64,000 nucleotides of DNA from Octopus vulgaris (lineage: Eukaryota). Numbering within the stretch: position 1 is the first letter of the stretch; every line of letters begins with the position of its first letter. This document shows positions 57,584 through 64,000 of this stretch, one piece after another. Made by a program: the position numbers and the translations under genes. Location of the stretch: NCBI GenBank assembly GCA_951406725.2, contig OX597815.1, forward strand, positions 146,754,001 through 146,818,000. Reading direction: 5' to 3'. The notes under the pieces are model-generated. The model saw nothing but the letters and a program-made list of their open reading frames with translations. It made no database searches and was not told the origin of the DNA.

Positions 57584-58123
57584 TTTCCTTGTGCATCAGA
57601 AAACTGCTTCTTCCTGAGATTCATTTGAATAGTTAATATACTATGAAACTCATTACTGTGTTCTAAACTGTCACTGTTCCTAATAGCACACGCACACTTT
57701 CCACACACATACACACCTACACACCTACACACATACATAATATGTAGATATAAAATATTTGTCCAGTTCTACTTTTGTTCAGTCCAAATTTAGGTCAGGT
57801 AATTCAGACCCATAATCAATGTGTTGCATGCTATCATTATATGATCTTATATTCATAAAGTATACCTAATATTATTTAATTTTTTATTTTCGCTTTTAAA
57901 GATGGTAAAGTGATATTTCAAGAGCATTTTGCTGCATTCTATTGTTTTTTTTTGTATCAGTAAACCACATCGAGACTCTAAGATTTCGTTCAATGTAATT
58001 TTGACACATGTATCCAGGTGCTATTAGGAACTGTGACAGTTTGGAACACAATTATGAGTTTCATAGTATATTAACTATTCAAATGATTTTCAGGAAGAAG
58101 CAGTTTTCTGATGCATAAGGAAA
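57584..58123. repeat. 106-bp inverted repeat (57584-57689 / 58018-58123), 7 mismatches, 328-bp spacer
   Basis: TTTCCTTGTGCATCAGAAAACTGCTTCTTCCTGA...GTTCCTAATAGCAC is the reverse complement of GTGCTATTAGGAAC...TCAGGAAGAAGCAGTTTTCTGATGCATAAGGAAA. Confidence 0.95.
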
Positions 58124-59109
58124 AGGCCTTAACACACGATTTAAATGAAAGCCGTCTACATGACTCTCGTATCCGCGGACTGTAACTGAGGATAACTCCA
58201 CACTGTTGTCTCAGCCAGCAAGGGTAAACATCAAGATCTCCCTCATAAGTTACGATATCCTCTTTAAAAAGTAAAAATGTTACTTTGAACGACGTATGAC
58301 AGAGACACGGGAATGGCATTGACGGTACTTCTGTGATCATAAGTGTCTTTCATCAGGGCTGAACAGGGGACTAATGATCGAGATTAATGACAGTAGAGCA
58401 GCGAATTTGAACGCCAGTGCACTTTTCGAGATGTCATCGTCGATCTAATAATGTCCAGCATTGTTATTGCATCCGCTTCATCTTATTAAATCGTCTATGA
58501 GCTGTAATGAGTAAATACAAGGCACGTATACGTCAAGAAGTCAAAAAAAGGAAGAACTACAGAATGTAGAAAGAAAATAAATAGAACATATAACTAAGAT
58601 AATCAAAAAGAATGCGTAAAAAAAATTAAATCTGGACAGAGAGAAAGAATGTTCTAGAAAGTAAAGAGATATATTGGTTTTTGTGTCTATTTATTTACTT
58701 AGAATTAAGGAATATTGGAAACTTCCATTTCTTTCACATAGGTCTTCGAAGCAGCTGTAGGTATGAGTGGTCGGGAAATCATTCCAAGCAGAATTGTCCA
58801 GACTTACTGGCTTCAGTTTATCGATTTAGCTACAGCGTAACTCCCGACCCCTAATGTAAATAGCTTTCACCATTTTCGACAACAGCTATTTGGGAAATAC
58901 TGTTGTACGCATTTATGTGATAACACACATATCTATGTGCGTGTGTGAGTGTGTGTGTGTACGTGTGTGTGTATGAATATACATTTACATTCATATATAT
59001 ATATATAAACAAACAGAAAGATAGATGCATACTTATAACACGCACAGGCACATATACACATATATGCATACACACACACGCGGGTACATACATATACTCA
59101 CGCATACAT

Positions 59110-59501
59110 ATTGATTTCTACTCTAGGCACAAGGTCCCGAAATTGGAGCGGGGGAAGGCCCATTCGATTAGATCAACCCCAGTACGAAACTGGTACTTAA
59201 TTTCTCGAGCCCGAAAGGATGAAAGGCAAAGTCGACCTCGGCGGAATTTGAACTCAGAACGTAGCGGCAGACGAAATGCCTATTTCTTTACTACCCACAA
59301 GGGGCTAAACACAGTGGGGACAAACAAGGACAGACAAACGAATGAAGTCGATTACATCGACCCCAGTACGTAACTAGTACTTAGTATATCGACCCCGAAA
59401 GGATGAAAAGCAAAGTCGACCTCGGCGGAATTTGAATTCAGAATGTAGCGGCAGACGAAATACCGCTACGCATTTCACCCGGCGTGCTAAAGTTTCTGCT
59501 A

Positions 59502-59507
<6 letters not shown>
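59110..59507 (-). mobile_element. Dimeric family A SINE-like element (full unit followed by a 5'-truncated unit with a different 3' end)
   Basis: CCGAAAGGATGAAA(G/A)GCAAAGTCGACCTCGGCGGAATTTGAA.TCAGAA.GTAGCGGCAGACGAAAT occurs at about 59211 and 59395; low divergence. Confidence 0.9.
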
Positions 59508-59592
<85 letters not shown>

Positions 59593-59683
59593 TATTGTTA
59601 TAAAATGTATTTCTCCAGTTCCTGACTATTTCCTTCAACTGGGTAAACGTTTATGATTTCGCTGCATATGCATGTCTTTGTGT

Positions 59684-59715
<32 letters not shown>

Positions 59716-59935
59716 TTCTGAGTGCGCGTGCGCGCGTATATTCAAACTTACAGACAGAGAACGTGACAGTAGAAAGGGGGAGAGTGGAATGAGCGAGAAA
59801 GGAAATAAGTGAAAGACACAGGGTTGTGCGAGCGCCTATATATGAATTTGAATGTTTGAGAAGCTCCGTGTAAAGTTCTAACGTCATATATATATACATA
59901 TACACACAAACATATATATACATACACGCACACAA

Positions 59936-59971
<36 letters not shown>

Positions 59972-60004
59972 GTATATATATACGTATGTATTTGTATATG
60001 TATG

Positions 60005-60059
<55 letters not shown>

Positions 60060-60318
60060 CTTTAATTTAATTTACCGTCAAAGATATGTTTACGTTGCAG
60101 TATAAAGGCATATTCTGTACGTCATGTATATGCTATCTCGTAGTCTTCAATGGACTCTGTATACGTAGCAAGTGCAGTTGGTAACGGATTGCTAAATGCA
60201 GTTTCACTTTGGTGCTTTTCGCAGAAGACTGGTCTTCGATGCTAGAGAAAAATTTGCATGGGCGATTTACTTTTCAAGCACATATTCCAACGCAGACCCA
60301 CGCAAGCCGCTCACACAC

Positions 60319-60392
<74 letters not shown>

Positions 60393-60883
60393 TTTATCCA
60401 GACACTAGATATGGACATATAGACATATATGGATATATACATATACACGTAGCCATGCCTATAAGAGGCAAAAGGGACAAATGCCTCTAACCCGAAATAT
60501 AAGTGTAGCATGCCTTGTAAGCCAAGAAGACCCAGCAAACGTGCATGAAATGGGCCCTTCACTATCTATTTCCTAAAGACCACAACTTAAATAAACCTTA
60601 AAATGCCACATTTCCTCCACTTTACCAACAGCAGTTACTCTTTTCTAAAGTAGCTACTATCTAGTTTTCCAAAAGCAGCTTTCAATCACTTGAGAATAAA
60701 ACCAGCAGATGGATATGGGCAAAAATTATAGATGCAAGCAAAATTAAAATAAAGAAAAGTTTCTGAAAAATATTCAATTCTTGGATGGAAAATGTTTGAT
60801 CGAACGATGACCCCTCAGTTTCAGGACTTTGCACTTGCTATTAAAACACAAATACACTCACATGCACGCAAGCACACACGTAC

Positions 60884-60928
<45 letters not shown>

Positions 60929-62863
60929 CATACATACTCGCACATACAGAGAGAGGGAAAAAGAGAGAAAGAGAGAGAGCCCCTCCCACACACACACGAA
61001 CCCAAATAAACGTTCACACGTATATATTACCACCACTCCCTGAAGTGCATTAGTCTGCTCAACATTGAAGTGATTTGTTACGCTGATTATATTTAGGAAA
61101 AAAGGATCTCTTGGCTTTCAAAATTTTAATTTGTAATTTATTGTTTTAATTATAAACCTATCCTTTTTATATAACACCACTCGACCTAAAAAAGCAGTTT
61201 GTCTTTCAACTTTGGAATATGACATTTTCAAATTTTTGCTCCCTGTTAAACCTAATTTTTTCTTTCTTTTCTTGTTTTCTATATTTTTTTTTCATCGTCA
61301 GCCTACCAATTTGTTGTTATTGTTATTTTCGTGTTCGGTTCGCAAAAGAAAAATTCACACATCGTAGTTGCAATCCGAAATACGTCTTCTTTCACAAAAT
61401 AATTTGAACCGTTACATCAGCAAGAACCATTTTTTTAACAAAAGAAAAGGGAAAGTTGTTAGCTGGTTCGGCGTTTAAAGGGATTCGTGAAATACGCAAT
61501 TCCTTCTCAAACCTATCATTTTTCTGAAGCATCTATGGGGCATCTTTGAACTGCCCTATGAAAGTGAAACATAATTTTGAAGGAAAGTAATGAACACAAA
61601 TACCTGAATCGGTAATCCTCAATTCGCTGTTAATCGCTTAGACTCTTTTCTATTAACATTTAGTTTATACTTTGCTGCTGGTTTACTTATCTGCTCCAGA
61701 CTTACAAATATAATAGAAGTATTTGTAAGCTGTCTGACTTAGTAAACCTGTGGCTAGATTAAACGAAATGAGTTTACCTGGTTGTTGTCTGTCCCTGTGT
61801 TGTTTTTTAAGACTATTTTCTTCTTTCTTTTATTCAGATTATATTTTCACAAAGAATATCTTGTACAAAACGGCATATTCAGTTGTCTATAAAAACATTT
61901 CCAAAAAAAAAAAAAAAGAAGAATGGAAAAAATGCTACTGTATTGACAAAGGCACAATACCTTACTAATTTTTTCTTTGCTTTCAATATAGATAAAACTA
62001 GAAGTCAATGAATAATTAGTAACATATCTCTTTTTGAGAAACTAGCTGCACTTCAAGTGCATTAGCAAAAAGTAGGATAAATATACCAACCCCAGGTATT
62101 GAAGGTGAAGATATATTCTGTTAACATGGGTAGCGAAGTGTTGTATCGAATCTAGACTAAGCCAGTTAATTTGCTATCAGAGAAATATGTATCCGCGTTC
62201 TTTCAGAACCAAGAATCTTGATGCTATTACGAAAAAAAAAAAAAATGAGCAGCATTTGAAAAAATGCATCCTGTACAGGCTGTCAACAAGGCCTCAGGAT
62301 TCGATTCTGTATTTCAGTTGAATGATTTATGTAGAGAATGTTCTCGTGTTAACAGGGAGTTGGAAAAACAAGTACAAGAAAACAAAATAAATATTGAAGT
62401 GAAATAATGTACTATGTTGTGGCTGTAACAATATTCCTATCCGAAAGAGGACTGCTATTTAGGGAGACTGAAGAGATTATAGGATCTAGGCACAAAGAGA
62501 ATTTGAGGGGCAATTATTACACAATTTGATCCATTAGGGCAATTGGCAATCTTGGAAGTAACAAGCAGTAATACTTATTTCTACTATCTACAAACGAATT
62601 GTTCTGTTGAATGTAAAACATATTTTATTATATTGTAGCAGAGTTTAACATTTTTAATATATCCGATCACTACACAGGAACATGAAGTAGGATTAATGAG
62701 CTAACTCGTTAATTTCAGTTACGTGCAATAGGAAATTTTGAGATTTAAAATTGGTCATATTTCATGAAATTTAATTTTTGTGTATAAGTGGTCTACCCAA
62801 GCTAAAGTGCCCATCATACATTATATCTGATCCAGGACACACACACACACACACACATACACG

Positions 62864-62956
<93 letters not shown>

Positions 62957-63262
62957 GTGGAGGCGCAACGGACCAGTGGTTAGGGCAGCGGTTGCAGGAT
63001 CGCGGTTTCGATTCCCAGACCGGGCGTTGTGAGTGTTTATTGAGCGAAAACACCTAAAGCTCCACAGGGCTCCGGCAGGGGGTGGTGGTGGCGATCCCTG
63101 CTGTACTCTTTTGCCGCAACTATCTCTCACTCTTTCTTCTGTTGGCCTGCTCGCTTAGCCAGCGGGGTGGCGTCATTTGGAGGCTAAAACAATGCGAAGC
63201 GCATTGTGACCAGGGATGTGTAGCTATATCTGATAGCCTGGTCGATCATGATGGTGATCACG

Positions 63263-63266
<4 letters not shown>
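62957..63266 (+). mobile_element. tRNA-derived SINE, relatively young, inserted in (TA)n
   Basis: GGAGGCGCAACGGACCAGTGGTTAGGGCAGCG (A-box) and GGTTTCGATTCCC (B-box), GC-rich ~250-bp body, short GGTGAT tandem at the 3' end, (TA)n on both sides. Confidence 0.85.
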
Positions 63267-63306
<40 letters not shown>

Positions 63307-64000
63307 CATACACACACACTCATATTATATATATTTGTATAGACATATATTTAGTAGTGTCTGTCTATATGTATCTGCACGTGTATCTATGTGTGTGTGC
63401 GTGTAAGTACTTACAAATAAGTATTTGTGCTCAATGCGTAGTGAAAATTACACAAAAAAGAGAAACAGAAAAAGCAAAATAATAATTTCTTCCGTCGATG
63501 ATGAAAATGATTAATTGAATTCTAACAGCAGTTCTAACCAGGAATCGATAGTCTCATTAAAAGTACAGCAGCAGATCTGAGAGGAAATATCTACACATAT
63601 GTCTCGTAGACAGAACTGAACACCAACTTGTGTTATATCGATACAGGAATTACCCGTTCAGAGCTATAAAGCAAACTGTTTCTTTAAAAAGATCATTCGC
63701 GTTTAAATAATTAACGAATATAGCCGTTCTTTTTTTTATTCCCTTTTTCTTACATTAGCTAGAAGTAAAGAAAGATTAATGAGGTATAAATCATTTTTAT
63801 GTATTTTATTGGAAACATTTGATTAAATTTCAATTATTTTTCATACTTAGCCTAGGCTTATCTTTTTATTGGTTTTATTGCCATTTCCTCTCTGTCTTTC
63901 TCTACTGTTTTTCGCTTTCCCTCTATCGCTCTTTCTATCCTATCTCTATCTCGGTCTATCTCTCTCTTACTTGTTATCTCTCTGTTTTCTTTCTTCCCTG

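Noticed and set aside
62957-63025. Possible tRNA gene
   Set aside because: The anticodon arm is disrupted, there is no acceptor stem or poly-T terminator, and it continues into a SINE body.

Overview
AT-rich, microsatellite-saturated, apparently gene-free eukaryotic DNA (large intron or intergenic region). The SINE/LINE families and repeat style resemble a coleoid cephalopod (Octopus-like); this is inference, not a database result. No intact protein-coding gene is supportable: almost all listed ORFs are microsatellite translations. Recognisable content: several tRNA-derived and other SINE-like copies, three fragments of an R4/Dong-type RLE LINE associated with (TACA)n, a CR1-group LINE 3' end and a 360-bp non-autonomous Helitron. 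The most striking signal is three sequence-unrelated fold-back elements (38.5, 44.2, 54.8 kb) with one architecture: (TA)n - antisense arm - short loop - sense arm with a minimal hammerhead-ribozyme fold - unique tail - microsatellite. One has a U3-A8 compensated core. They look like Penelope-like-element pLTR remnants or non-autonomous ribozyme retroelements that would make long dsRNA if transcribed. A separate 106-bp inverted repeat at 57.6/58.0 kb is a candidate dsRNA/A-to-I editing structure.
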